Origin: Octopus bimaculoides
Taxonomy: Eukaryota
Direction of reading: 5' to 3'
Assembly (NCBI RefSeq): GCF_001194135.2
Contig: NC_068981.1
Location: 77,991,850 to 78,055,849, forward strand
Length of the DNA stretch: 64,000 nucleotides
The position numbers and the translations under genes were made by a program. Position 1 is the stretch's first letter, and every line of letters starts with the position of its first letter. Shown here piece by piece: positions 49,754-61,849 of this stretch. A model generated the notes under the pieces. The model saw nothing but the letters and a program-made list of their open reading frames with translations, was not told the DNA's origin and did not search any database.

Positions 49754-50339
49754 ATAAAACAAAAGAAAATATAAAAGATTGTTTATAAGATATCTAGTTT
49801 CACCATCTTACGTATGTTTCACTAACATGAGGTGATTATTAGTTATTTCATAGAAATTACATAATTAAACTTCTTGTCAAATCATCAAACTTGTGTAGCG
49901 TTTATATGTAACAGTATTGTGTTGAAAAAATGACAGAATTCCCAGTTATGGAGATGGTTAGCAATTGTACTAGACTAACACAAGGGACATGTTACATTTG
50001 GTAGCAGTTGGGAGAACACACAACACAACAGGAGGTGACAGAGAGATAAAATGTTGCCAGAAAGGCTGTTAGTATAGACATATAAGATAATTTTGTGATT
50101 AACAATTTTATTGTGTCTTTTTATCAGTTGTCTTTCTTTGATGCTCCTTAAATGTAGACGACCATTTATAAATATATATATATAATCTCTTAAAATGTAC
50201 ATTGTAGATACATTTGCAGACACAAACATGCTCTCAATACATGCACACACACGCACACACACACATGCACACACACACACATGCACACAGACACACACAC
50301 ATTTATATGCATGCATACATTCACATATGTGAATGTGTG

Positions 50340-50395
<56 letters not shown>

Positions 50396-50684
50396 CACAT
50401 GCAGAAGGAAGAGTCATGTATACATATAAGCAGAGATATTAAGTGCTTGCACTGACGTAAATGATGTGTATAGATGTTTTAATACCATATGACACACATG
50501 CACACGTCTTTGATACATATATATGCATGCAAATTTACTCTCTCTCTCTCTCTCTCTCTCAATATGTATATATATAGACAAGCATCCACATATAGGGCCT
50601 TATATATATATAGATATATATAGATAGATAGTTATAAAACCATGCACGTGTGTGTGTATTTTTATTCGTATTCATAGACTCTTC

Positions 50685-50734
<50 letters not shown>

Positions 50735-50876
50735 GTTGAGCACATAAGTGCAAAACAAGGTGGAAAAAATAGTACTCGAATACCAAAGGTAGAGTAATAT
50801 ACTTTTTATTACAGCTGCAAAATTATCACCAAATTGTTACTCAGAATTTCAAGTTGCCATTTGTCGGACAGTTGTG
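50735..50876 (-). mobile_element. Penelope-like terminal element with degenerate HHR (50832-50873)
   Basis: - strand aactgt CCGACAA atg-gcaa-ctt GAAAU ucuga GUA acaatt, then the same AATAAA tail as 18403-18500. Confidence 0.65.
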
Positions 50877-51004
50877 ATACACACACATATATATATATAC
50901 ACACATATACTTGCCTCAGGATCTAGAAAAGCAATATATATGTATATAATTTAGTCTCCTGGTCTCATGCCATCTCTACTCTACCGGTCATTCATTACAA
51001 CACC

Positions 51005-51112
51005 TGTGTGTTCATATTGTCTTTGCACAGGGGCCATCCGGACTCCTGCTTTCGCTGTGAACAGGATTTAATTTTCTCTCTTCACTCCTTTGCGCCACAT
51101 GGGCTCAACTAC
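51005..51112 (+). mobile_element. Penelope-like GIY-YIG endonuclease C-terminal fragment
   Basis: CEQDLIFSLHSFAPHGLN fits the E..(L/W)IF.L.(T/S)..P.GLN motif ending PLE ORFs. Confidence 0.65.
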
Positions 51113-51360
51113 CCTCCTCTTCTCTCTTTATCTGACACCTACTTCTTCCCTTCACTCCTACCCACTTACTCCCTTCATATAATTTCATACATTCATGTAT
51201 ATTTTGAGTTGTCGATACATGTTTCAATCCAATGAGTAATACCGTACTATCTAAGTTATTTACATTCCAGTTTTTAAAGTGTTAATATGGTATATGCTTC
51301 CATTTTGTAGATAAATTATTTCTGCTTTGTTAATTGTGTTTTGACTATTTGTTTATCTAG

Positions 51361-51435
51361 AGTTATTTCGACTAAAATGGAAAGATTTGAGAAATTTAAG
51401 TTTCCAAGAAAAACAAAACCCTAATGCTGGCTCTG
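51361..51435 (+). other. Candidate 75-nt phase 1-1 exon with GC donor
   Basis: ttgactatttgtttatctAG|...ctctg|GCAAGT; open frame LFRLKWKDLRNLSFQEKQNPNAGS. Confidence 0.22.
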
Positions 51436-51704
51436 GCAAGTTTCAAACTCTCTTAACAATAACCATTATTAGCTCTATATTAAAACAACTGTTGCTTAAT
51501 GGTTATTTCTTGATATTTCAGTAGTAATTCTGGTAAACTTAGCATTCCATTGCTTCTAGATTATTGAAGTAAAATCGATGCAGGCATGTTCAAATGGTTA
51601 CAATGTTCACATTGCAATTTTTATGTTCCAAATTCAATCCCATTACTTTGCAACTTTAGAAAATGCTCAGTGAATGAAATTGGTTGGGCAAAAATTGTGT
51701 GGCA

Positions 51705-51858
51705 CAGTTATTGCTGTGTGGTTAAGCTTATTTTGTAACCTTGTGGTTTTGGGTTCTGGCCCTCTCTTTGGCATCTTGAGCAAGTGTCTTCAGCTGTAGC
51801 CTTGCACCAACAAATGCTTTCTGAGTGAATTTAGTAGATAAGAACTGTATGCCGGCCC

Positions 51859-51919
<61 letters not shown>

Positions 51920-52143
51920 NNNNNNNNNNNNNNNNNNNNNNNNNNNNNNNNNNNNNNNNNNNNNNNNNNNNNNNNNNNNNNNNNNNNNNNNNNNNNNNNN
52001 NNNNNNNNNNNNNNNNNNNNNNNNNNNNNNNNNNNNNNNNNNNNNNNNNNNNNNNNNNNNNNNNNNNNNNNAGATTTAAAACAAATACTAGGGCCAATTT
52101 CATCATTAAACCTTCAATGGCTGAAACAAGTATAAGAATAAAA
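51705..52143 (+). mobile_element. SINE family A spanning a gap
   Basis: gctgtgtggttaagc...ggctgaaacaagtataagaataaaag. Confidence 0.8.
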
Positions 52144-52304
52144 GAATATTGCTTCATCATATACTCAAAATGTAGAATTGAATGTGTGTTCTTGTAGATA
52201 TGTTAGATCTGTGAACTATGTTTTTGTTCAGTCTCTGGTCAACAGAGAGGGATTTAACTTATTATTAAATCCATTAGATCTATGACCATTATATATATAT
52301 ATAC

Positions 52305-52344
<40 letters not shown>

Positions 52345-52934
52345 CATTGCCTGTTTTGGGGTTGGTTAGATGTAACTTTTATTTCCAGCAGGTTAAGCGA
52401 CAATGTCCCCTCTAAGCAGTCACAACCAAGATACATTTCACAGTACTGTGTCAGGAATCTCTGGCCCCACTTAGCTTTGGTAGGTCCTCAATTTCTTGTA
52501 TCTCTTTTACCAATATCGCTGCTGTAGTTGAGTGGTCTTCGTTTCATATTAGGGTATGGAAATCTCCAAAATATAACATCTGATATGGTTTGTTGTATAG
52601 TAGAGGCCAGCAGTGATTATGTAAAGGTACCCTGAGTGTTGAAGCATGGTGGATAAGATCATAAGACTTTGGTTTTTCCTTTGAAGAAGTTACATAAATT
52701 TGTTTTGGTTTAGTCTACTTAGTCTAGTGCTTTTATGTCTTCAATATTAATTATTAAAAAAAGGCTTCAAATAGTAAAAAGGCGCCTTCTGCAATTAAGA
52801 TATAAATTTTTATTTTCCTTTTTGTTTTTTAAAGTTCATGTAGAAATCATTGAAAATATTGATTTCCCTTTACCAGGCACAACATCAAATAAATTTCTCT
52901 AAGAGTGGTTGTAATCATGTTACAATTCCATTCG

Positions 52935-53105
52935 TATCTTGGAAGATTTGAAGGAATATTAAATCAAGCTTAGAACTTGCCTGGTACTCGATTTTTATTG
53001 ACTTCAGAAGAATGAAAGGCAAAGTTGACCTAGACAGGACTTGAACTCATAACTAAATAATTCTGATATTTTGTCATATGCTCTAATGACTTTGCCAATC
53101 ACTGA
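52935..53105 (-). mobile_element. SINE family C, degenerate
   Basis: ctggtactcg...gaatgaaaggcaaagttgacctagacaggacttgaactc. Confidence 0.7.
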
Positions 53106-53554
53106 ATTAAATGTTGATTAAAATCAACTTATTTCTTTAAATCTGAAGAAATGAAAAGTAAGGAGTTTGAAATAACAAATATAAGTCATGGAAATGTCAA
53201 ATATGTTTTAATGAGCTTTGAATTTGGATGAGATTATCAAAGAATATTTGTAGATGTTACACACTTTGCTTTTGTTTATTGATAGAATCACACATCTAAA
53301 GACCTCATAGGGAGCAAACATATCAGATGCCATAGCTGTGTGCCACCATCTCATTTATCTCATGTGAACACCAGTTGTTGTTGCTGCCTCTGCTTCCTCC
53401 ACCTGTACAGCAGGTGGCGCGTCAGTAGTCTCCATTTGCTGCTGCCACAACCTAGGCAGGTTTCTCTCTTCATTTTTTTCTTGGTTGATTGACCCTCACT
53501 CTCAACTTGCTTCAGCATCTTCTGCCTGTGTGACTGTCACAGATTTTGCTTTTT

Positions 53555-53815
53555 TAGGGGACTTGGTCAGGTAGTTCAGTCTCATTGATCACTTAACCTG
53601 CTAGAAATAGCTACCAAATGTCTCTTAAATCACACCATACCTTCATGAGATATAAAAAAAAAAAGACAGGACATATTAGATAATGTAGCTCTTGGTATAC
53701 AAAAAGACATGGAGAGTCATGGCTGGAAAACTTTTGATCATAAATTTCAGTTTTTTCGCCCCAAGGCAGTCATGATCAAATAGATCAGAGCTGTTTTGGG
53801 GCTAAATAACTGCAA
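53555..53815 (+). mobile_element. SINE-like family D
   Basis: acctgctagaaatagctaccaaatgtctcttaaatcacacc...ggggctaaataac. Confidence 0.55.
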
Positions 53816-55971
53816 TGCTTTTGTATATTGCAAAAACAAAAGCAAAAAGGCAAATGAAAAAACAAAAAATTAAATGAATAAAATAAAAATGAAAATAATA
53901 ATAATAATAGAAAACATTCCATCATATTCATATCATAAGTGAATAATTAGAACTATGAAAATTGTTCTCTATTTGGTGGAAAGGCTAGTGTTTTCATGAT
54001 CATGTATGCTAACATCTGAGTTAGCCCTATAATATACCAGTAACAGGAAACACAGACATAAAAAAAAGTATGTTGAAAGAGAAATACAAATCAATGAAAG
54101 CTTTTCTTTGTCTGTTAAATAAACAAATGTCCATATTTTCAGTTTTTTTTTTTTTTATCCTATTGCACAAATTCTCAGATGCATGTAGCTGTAACTTATA
54201 AAAATAATTATTCCACCCATCCACATATTCTTTTTTTTTTCTCTCTTTTTGTGTCTGTGTATTTATTTTCTTGTATCATGGTTCATTTCACTAAACTATG
54301 CACAGATGCTTATGTTATTGCTGTTTGGATAAACAAGTGAAAATAAGCAATTATATACACTCTCAAGCAATAGAAGTTATATTGATATATAAATTTTTTT
54401 TCTCTCTTCTCTTTCAAATTATTCAATTATATTTTGTCAACATAATATAATCAACATACTCATGATTTGCTGTATTCTCTTAATTTACTCGGTGAAGCTC
54501 AAACAACTAATTGAGTATTGTGGTCACAGTGACTAAAATATAAAATGTAGAGGTGGATACAAGAATTTCTTTTAATAATCTTTTTAATTACTCTGTCATA
54601 TGGTGAAATCATTCAATACACTTGTTTCCTATAAATGGTAAATTATTAATGAGGAAATTATTAATTGATCACAGCTATAGTGTTGATTATGGGGAGGGGT
54701 GTCAGACTTCTGGCTATAGGGCTGTCAGTTACTGTAGCTGTTGACTGCCACCCTCTGCTTCCCACCAGACTCAGTGTGTGTCTAATTGCTCTGAAGTACC
54801 CCATTTTCTGAGTCATTGTTTGAACAAAAGAACAATAGAATATGGTCAGAATATAACTCAAAATAGTATGGAAATGCTTACTGTCAACCTAAAGTAACTG
54901 GTGAGTGTTGCCTTTCAAGATGGACATCTTAAAATCAGTCTTTGACATGTCCATTAAAGATGTTTTCTCTTTATACTGATATTATACTGACATAGTCCAA
55001 AAGCAAATAAAACAACTAAACCTTAGTCTACAGTCTGTAGCTGAAATCAAACCCTTTACTGTTCATGGTCAAGTTATTTAAATTCTGTGCTTTCTACAAG
55101 CAGTAAAAGTATAATCAATGAGCAGTAATGAGCTTGTGGGGTTAAATTTCAATCTTGTTATGAGCCAAGATTAGGCAACTGCAAACTGTTCCAATGTATT
55201 CTTACTATGACTTGCTAAAATTAGCTTGATCATAAAGAGTTCAAATATTTTAGTATGTGTGTGTCTTTGATGTGAGTGACTTTGATGGAAACTGTATGAA
55301 GCCCATTGTATATGCATGTGCATAGTAAATATAAATGCCTGTGTATATTCTTGTGTCTTTTTTAGGAATGTTTACATTCCTAGTGATATTAACATTTCCT
55401 TATCAACGAAATGTCTGATAGATCTGCATTTTCAAAAACACATAGAATGAAAACTCTTATACTTGAATAACAGAAAAGAGTTAGTAACAAAAAAGGCATC
55501 TGGCTATAAAAACAATGCCTCAATAATATGTATCTGTCTAATACTTGCCACTATAGAGAAACAGACATAAAAGAAATAAATGAAAGAAATAACATTACAG
55601 TTTAATAAGAAATATCTTAATTTATATGTTTGTATCTTGTCTCTCATTTTGATAACAAGTGTAGTATACAGGCAGGTGTTCAAGAGGTCTGTCTTCAGTT
55701 TCCAACTATTTATTGTAGTTCTCTAGTCAGTAACACTGATGTTTAAGACCAATGTACTTGATAACCCTTTCATGTTTTCACCTATTGGTTTTTAAAGCAA
55801 GATTCACTCTTTGTCACATTGTCTTTGCTTCACAAAATTTAGAGCTACTGAAATTGTTTGATTCCTCTCCTGCACTTGTCATTTATAGAGTCTGACCACT
55901 CCCCTAAATTGAAGATTTTCAACTCTCTAAATTTCGTATGTAAGACTCATATACTTATGTAGATATATTGA

Positions 55972-56230
55972 AGGTGCATGCCTCAGTGGTTAGTGTCAGA
56001 CTCACAATTGTGAGGTAGTGAGTTCAACTCCCAGACTGGGCTATGTTGTGTTCTTGACACTTTATTTCATGTTGCTCCAGTTCCTTCAGCTTTAGAAATG
56101 AGTTGTGATGTCACTGGTGCCAAGCTGTCTCAGCCTTTGCCTTTCCCTTGCATAACATCAGTGGTGTGGAGAACGGAGGCTGGTATGTATGGGCAACTGC
56201 TGGTCTTCTATAAACAACCTTGCCCACAGC
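55972..56230 (+). mobile_element. tRNA-derived SINE (same family as 46076-46350)
   Basis: gaaggtgcatgcctcagtggttag...gagttcaactccc. Confidence 0.85.
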
Positions 56231-56700
56231 TATACACACATACAGAAACACACCTACATACACTGATACATCCCTCAGAGCACAAAAATTCACCCATACA
56301 GAGATCACATCAACACTTGCTCCATAGAGCACACGCATGCACTCACACAGATACAGCCACAGGATACATTCACACAGGCACACTCGCATGCTCGTAGATC
56401 CACCACACGCACACCCACATGCTCCACAGCACCCACACCACAGGACATACAAATCCAAATGTACATCAACACCCATAGTCTCACCTGTCTGCAGGCAAAT
56501 ACATTTATACACTCACATGATTATACACACACGCATTTGTACATAGATATACTCATGTACACATCAGTACACATCAGAGACTTCCATTTAGCACTTATAT
56601 ACACACACACAAGCATATAGAAGCACGTCAACGTTGTACTAACATGCACACACACTCACAGTACTACTCAGACACAGAACAACAAACAGTACATGGGAAA
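56230..56700. repeat. Degenerate CA-rich low-complexity tract
   Basis: Decayed (CA)n-derived sequence; source of spurious H/T-rich ORFs. Confidence 0.8.
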
Positions 56701-56871
56701 AAGCCCACACACCTGTCCATGGACACATAGCAATGTATGAAACGATAGCATGATGCTCACTGTTCAATGTGGATTATGGCAGTGCATCTTGAAGATGAAA
56801 CAATTGTGGTAATATTAATTTTCTTGTTGGTACTTTCCATCTTCTCTTTTTATATTTAATATATATGTATA

Positions 56872-56910
<39 letters not shown>

Positions 56911-57038
56911 ACTTGTATATTTGTTTATGTGTGTATGTATGGATGAGTAATGTTTCCACAAATGTAAACTGTAATGCAGAAAAACGTACTCAGTAGTGAG
57001 GTAACACTTTTTTTTTCTCAAATGTGAGAATTTGTGAC

Positions 57039-57077
57039 TTGTTACTCAGAGTTTCTTGTTTACATTCGCCAGATAAC
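57039..57077 (-). ncRNA. Degenerate hammerhead motif (GUA / ucuga subfamily)
   Basis: - strand ttat CUGGCGA atg-taaa-caa GAAAC ucuga GUA acaa. Confidence 0.45.
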
Positions 57078-57178
57078 AGAAAATCCATCCATGAAATTTT
57101 CTTTAAATCCATATTTGATTGAGTAGCTTTCTTTTAGATCAGCTGACAATTGGAGATAACCTGGGTGGTGATGTTTAA

Positions 57179-57398
57179 CCCTTTAGCATTCAGCTCACTC
57201 TGTTAGATGCAATGCTTATTTATTCACATTGTTTTGAATTGATCATGCATTATCTCATGGATCTGAGATTTCAATGATGAGATAGTATATTTTTAGAATG
57301 TCACTGTAGGTTAAGTGTGAGAGGCTGGATCTGGCCAGTTTGAATATGAAACAAGCAGAATGTTTTGCCCAGATCTGGCTGGTTTAAATGCTAAAGGG
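57179..57398 (+). mobile_element. piggyBac-type MITE, complete
   Basis: TTAA|ccctttagcatt ... aatgctaaaggg|TTAA. Confidence 0.9.
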
Positions 57399-57679
57399 TT
57401 AAGGAGAGAAAGAGATGGCAAAATAAAGTCAAAGCAATAGGGAAGATAAGAATAATGAAAGGGGAGTGTAGTAAATTAAAAGTTGAGTTAAGCAAAGGAA
57501 AACAAAAAAGAAAAGATAGACATAATGTGAAACCAGGTAGCTGAGCAGAAACATCTTCCTCTTTTGCTTTTGCTTAGCTATCTTGGGCAAGTATCTTCTA
57601 CCCCAAGCTAACCAAAGCTTTGGGAGTGAATTTTTCATATATACACATTGTGTGTATGTGTGTGCGCGCGAGCACACGT

Positions 57680-57726
<47 letters not shown>

Positions 57727-58556
57727 AACAAACAAACAAACAAACAAACAAACCAACAAACATTAGTTATGTACTACAACAAAATGGTTATTTCAGGTCT
57801 TGACACTTTCAAACAGTAATAAATGGAATTTTCAGCCTTCATGGAAACCATATTTGCCTCTTTTATTTTTGTTGAGTAGAATGAAAATCTATATTCTATG
57901 AAATTCTCATATATTTATATACACTCAGAATAAAAGAAATCCCCTGGTAAAAGAAGATAGACAACCACCAGAAAGCCCTCTTTGAACACAATGTCCAATA
58001 CCATTGTGACTGAATGTGTGTATGTAACCGTGTGCGTGTGTGTTTGTGAGAGAGGTGGGAGTAGAAGTAAACATTACAACTTTTACTGTGCAACTTTGAT
58101 GAGTATTGTAGAATAGGAGATAAATCTGGTTTTGATTCTTGGTTACAGCTATTTCTCTTGACTAACATTGGTGATGCCCTGGGGGAAAATATGAAGACTG
58201 CAATTTAAATTTCCAGTTTTTCTGATGGTAATAGAACTAATCTCTAATCAGTGGATGTCACCAATTATGAATGGTCAAACATTTAATATACAATGCTATT
58301 TATTTCTCTTGTTTGAAATAATTATATAGCTTGTCAGTTCTATTTTTGGTATTTTTCTTCCTTTTATATCCACAAGTCTGTTCTCATATATCATTCTAGT
58401 AAAGAAAAATTGTGTATAAGGTAAGACAAAACTGTCGTATCTTGAATTTATTCTTCAGGGAGTTGATTTCGTGTTTTCTTTTTCTTTTTTCTTTCCATTT
58501 TATTACCATGCCTTATATGCTTTGCTCTTGATGATTCTATTATGTCTTCTTTATTA

Positions 58557-58599
<43 letters not shown>

Positions 58600-58708
58600 T
58601 GCCAGCATTCTTTTTGGTTTACTGCTGTCACACTAACCATTGTTAATATAGATCAATTAATTTGTCTGCACTCTTTAATTGTTGATTCAAATTTATTCAT
58701 TTTTACAG

Positions 58709-58732
58709 AGTACATCACATCTTTGCACAAAG
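58709..58732 (+). CDS. Candidate 24-nt frame-preserving microexon (phase 1 reading EYITSLHK)
   Basis: cactaac branch site at 58631-58637; ttcatttttacAG acceptor; AAG|GTAGGC donor; TGCATG at 58801 and 58814. Confidence 0.55.
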
Positions 58733-59750
58733 GTAGGCTATCTGAATAGATCCTTGCCTGTTTGTTGTTATTACTTACTACAATTTGCTCGCCGTTGGTT
58801 TGCATGTAAATTCTGCATGTGTAACTGTCGGTTATTTACTTTGCAACTGATATAAATGTATAATAGTGTTGCTGATTTATTCAGTTACAATTATAATCAT
58901 CATTGTTTGCATTCATTGAAGATTTTGATTTTATTAGCTTTTCCATTACTTATTCTATTGGTAATTTTAACAGTTATTGTCTTCTGAAATTAGCATTTGG
59001 TAAGTGTAATAAAGTTATATTAATATACTCTAACACACTCTGTGTGTAAATGGTTAAGTTTATTAATTGAAAGATTTATTTAATTTGTTTAAATATGTAT
59101 ATATTTTTTTAAAGAGTTGCATGACAGATTTCCTGGTAGGAAAAGCATGAAGTAGGATTCTTCTATTTGTTAATTAATAATCAAAATATAGGATTATGTA
59201 GGAATTTGAACTCTATCACCTCAAGCTCCATACCAAATGTCATAATTATGTCCTAGTGAAATTGTTGAACAGATAAGAGTATTGAAATACTAGTTTATAG
59301 ATCTTGAGTTCAAATCAACTTCGAGCATTTTTCACCAAGCTTTTACAGATAGGAATAAAATTACATGATTTTACTAACCCTTACAAACTGACCTCACACG
59401 GAAAGCAAAAGTTTGGAGTAGTTGGGTAGTTGAAGCTGAGAAAAATATATGCATTACATGGAGGCAAGGCACAAAGAATTCCTGAAGCTTCATTTCAATA
59501 GTGTTGAATCATTGAAGCCTCATTTCCCAATTGTGAAGATGAGGATAAAAAGAATGCAACATTCTATTTGAGGAAAATGTCTCATCTAATTAATGTTATG
59601 AAACCAAAGCATTTTACTAACTCTTGCACTTCACTAACCCCTTAGTGTATTTGGAAACATGTTTTCTCTTTTTACTGGTCATATATGATGGCATGAAGTA
59701 CATATAATAAACCAGTCTTCTTTGTTTATGTGTGTGTGTGTGTGTGTATG

Positions 59751-59804
<54 letters not shown>

Positions 59805-60254
59805 GTCATATAATATTACAGTTCATATGGAGAGGACACATTTTTTTTTTAAATTAAGATCAATATTACTAATGAATGTAGTTTTTGGAATAGAAATGGA
59901 ATAACAGAAACAAAATGATATGCAGATGCAATACTGCAGTAAGATTATATAAAAACATTGATTAATAACCAAATAAAATATTATACTTTCCTTACTATAG
60001 ACAAGTGTCTTCAATGTATATCATCATTTTTATTACTTTCAGTTAGCTTTAATCAGCTTCTATCAAACTGAACTATTGCATGGAGCATATCCAATAACAG
60101 TCTAATTTATGACATCTTTTCTAAAATAGTTAATGGTATTTTCTGTTATTAATGTTGTCAAGGGGCTCAAATGTTTGGAGGATTATGCCAAAGTTTAGTC
60201 TGGTAATGTGAACTTGTTAGTAGTAATTATAATAGTATTTTACCCAATTCACCT

Positions 60255-60410
60255 CTGGTTTGGTAGACTTATCATCGAATAAATTCCAACCATGATCAAC
60301 TTGCTTTTTTCATTCAAAAATAGTTTATATTAGACTACATTATCCAGCAGGATTTCAAAATGCATGAACATCAGAATTATTTGGATTCCTTCCACTACAA
60401 ATATATTAGT
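60255..60410 (-). mobile_element. SINE-like family D fragment
   Basis: ttccaaccatgatc...tagactacattatccagcag. Confidence 0.4.
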
Positions 60411-60429
60411 CGCCATGTTTACATTTTAT

Positions 60430-60805
60430 CTTTTACTCGTTTCCAGTCACTAGACTGTGGTCATGCTGGGGCACCACCATGAATAATTTTTTAGTTAAAC
60501 AAATTGACCCCAGTACTAACTTTTTTCTTTAAGCTCAGTATTTATACTATCAGTCTCTTCGCCGAACCGCTAAGTTACAAGGATGCAAACACACCACCAC
60601 TGGTTGTCAAGCAGTGGAGGGACAAATACTGACACACACACGTATGTGTATGCAACAGGCTTCTTTCAGTTTCTGTCTACTAAATTTTCATGAAGTTTTG
60701 ATTGGCTTGAGGCTATAGTAGAAGACACTTACCCAAAGTACCTCACAGTAGGACTAAACTTGGAACCATATGGTTAGGTAACAAACTTCTTACTACACAT
60801 TCTTG
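60430..60805 (-). mobile_element. SINE family A, near full length
   Basis: ttttactcgtttccagtcac...aacaaacttcttactacac. Confidence 0.88.
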
Positions 60806-60849
60806 TTCATATATATATATCTGTGTATGTGTGTGTCTCTTTGTTTTGA

Positions 60850-61045
60850 TATTGTGTGATACTTGCAGAGGCCTTCATTTCCAATATTCTATGAGAACAT
60901 GTCCAGCCATAGGGATATATTATCTTGGTTAGAAACAGATGAGGGCTGGTACTTCGAAGAACATTTGGCCATTGAAAATCTGCTTCAACAAATTCCACCT
61001 GACCCATGCAGGCATGAACAAGTAGACATTACAACAATGATGATA
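60850..61045 (+). mobile_element. Short RTE-tail-derived element
   Basis: gaaaatctgcttcaacaaattccacctgacccatgcaggcatgaacaagtagacattacaacaatgatgat. Confidence 0.6.
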
Positions 61046-61804
61046 TATATGTGTGAGTGTGTGTATATGTATGTGTGTATGTATGTATGTATGTATGTAT
61101 AATAGATGCAGAAGCATTCTTTGAAAATATAATATTTGATGAGAGGTAGGGGCTTTAATAAGAATCGATTTCTCATTAAAATTTAAGATTATCTCCAGAA
61201 TTGAATTGAAAAATTTGGGCTTTTCAAACAAGAAAAACAAAATCAGCACTATCATCACTTTGGTTAATTTAAAAGGTTTTTTTTCTTATTCTTTTCATGT
61301 AGATATGTGTTAGACAATATTTGACAGCAACTTATTTATGAAATTGATAAGCATAATAAAAACAACACAGTTTGCTGTAGAAAATAGAATTATTTAAGGC
61401 GCAATTGTTAAATCAATAGTTTAGTTCATTGAAGTAATTCTTAACAGTAATTCCTTCCCTCGTGGTACATTTTTTGGAGTTAATTACTGAAAGCATTTTG
61501 TATTTTAGTTGTTAAGCCTAAGTTTACACACCTCACTTCATCTAGCTTTTGGGAATAAGTAGTACCCAGGTTATTTGAGAAGGTTACTTGAGATAAACTT
61601 ATCTCTTTCAGTTGCTTATTATCCTAAAAACAGAATATAAATACTGACTCTTAAAAGCCTCTAGGGAAACTCACATTCACATTTATGATTACACTGTGTA
61701 ATACAGTTGAAGTGACTGATACATCAGAGAGTTGGATTGGATGCTTGGAGATGCTAAATCGGTTTTTAAGTTCAAATGCAAATAAGGTTTATTTATTTAT
61801 TTGC

Positions 61805-61847
<43 letters not shown>

Positions 61848-61849
<2 letters not shown>

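Noticed and set aside
54649-54897. 82-codon frame with a single in-frame TGA after CSC (CxxU-like), followed by donor CTG|GTGAGT at 54901
   Set aside because: No SECIS or selenoprotein-like fold recognised; such a frame is expected by chance in 64 kb; the donor lies after the stop
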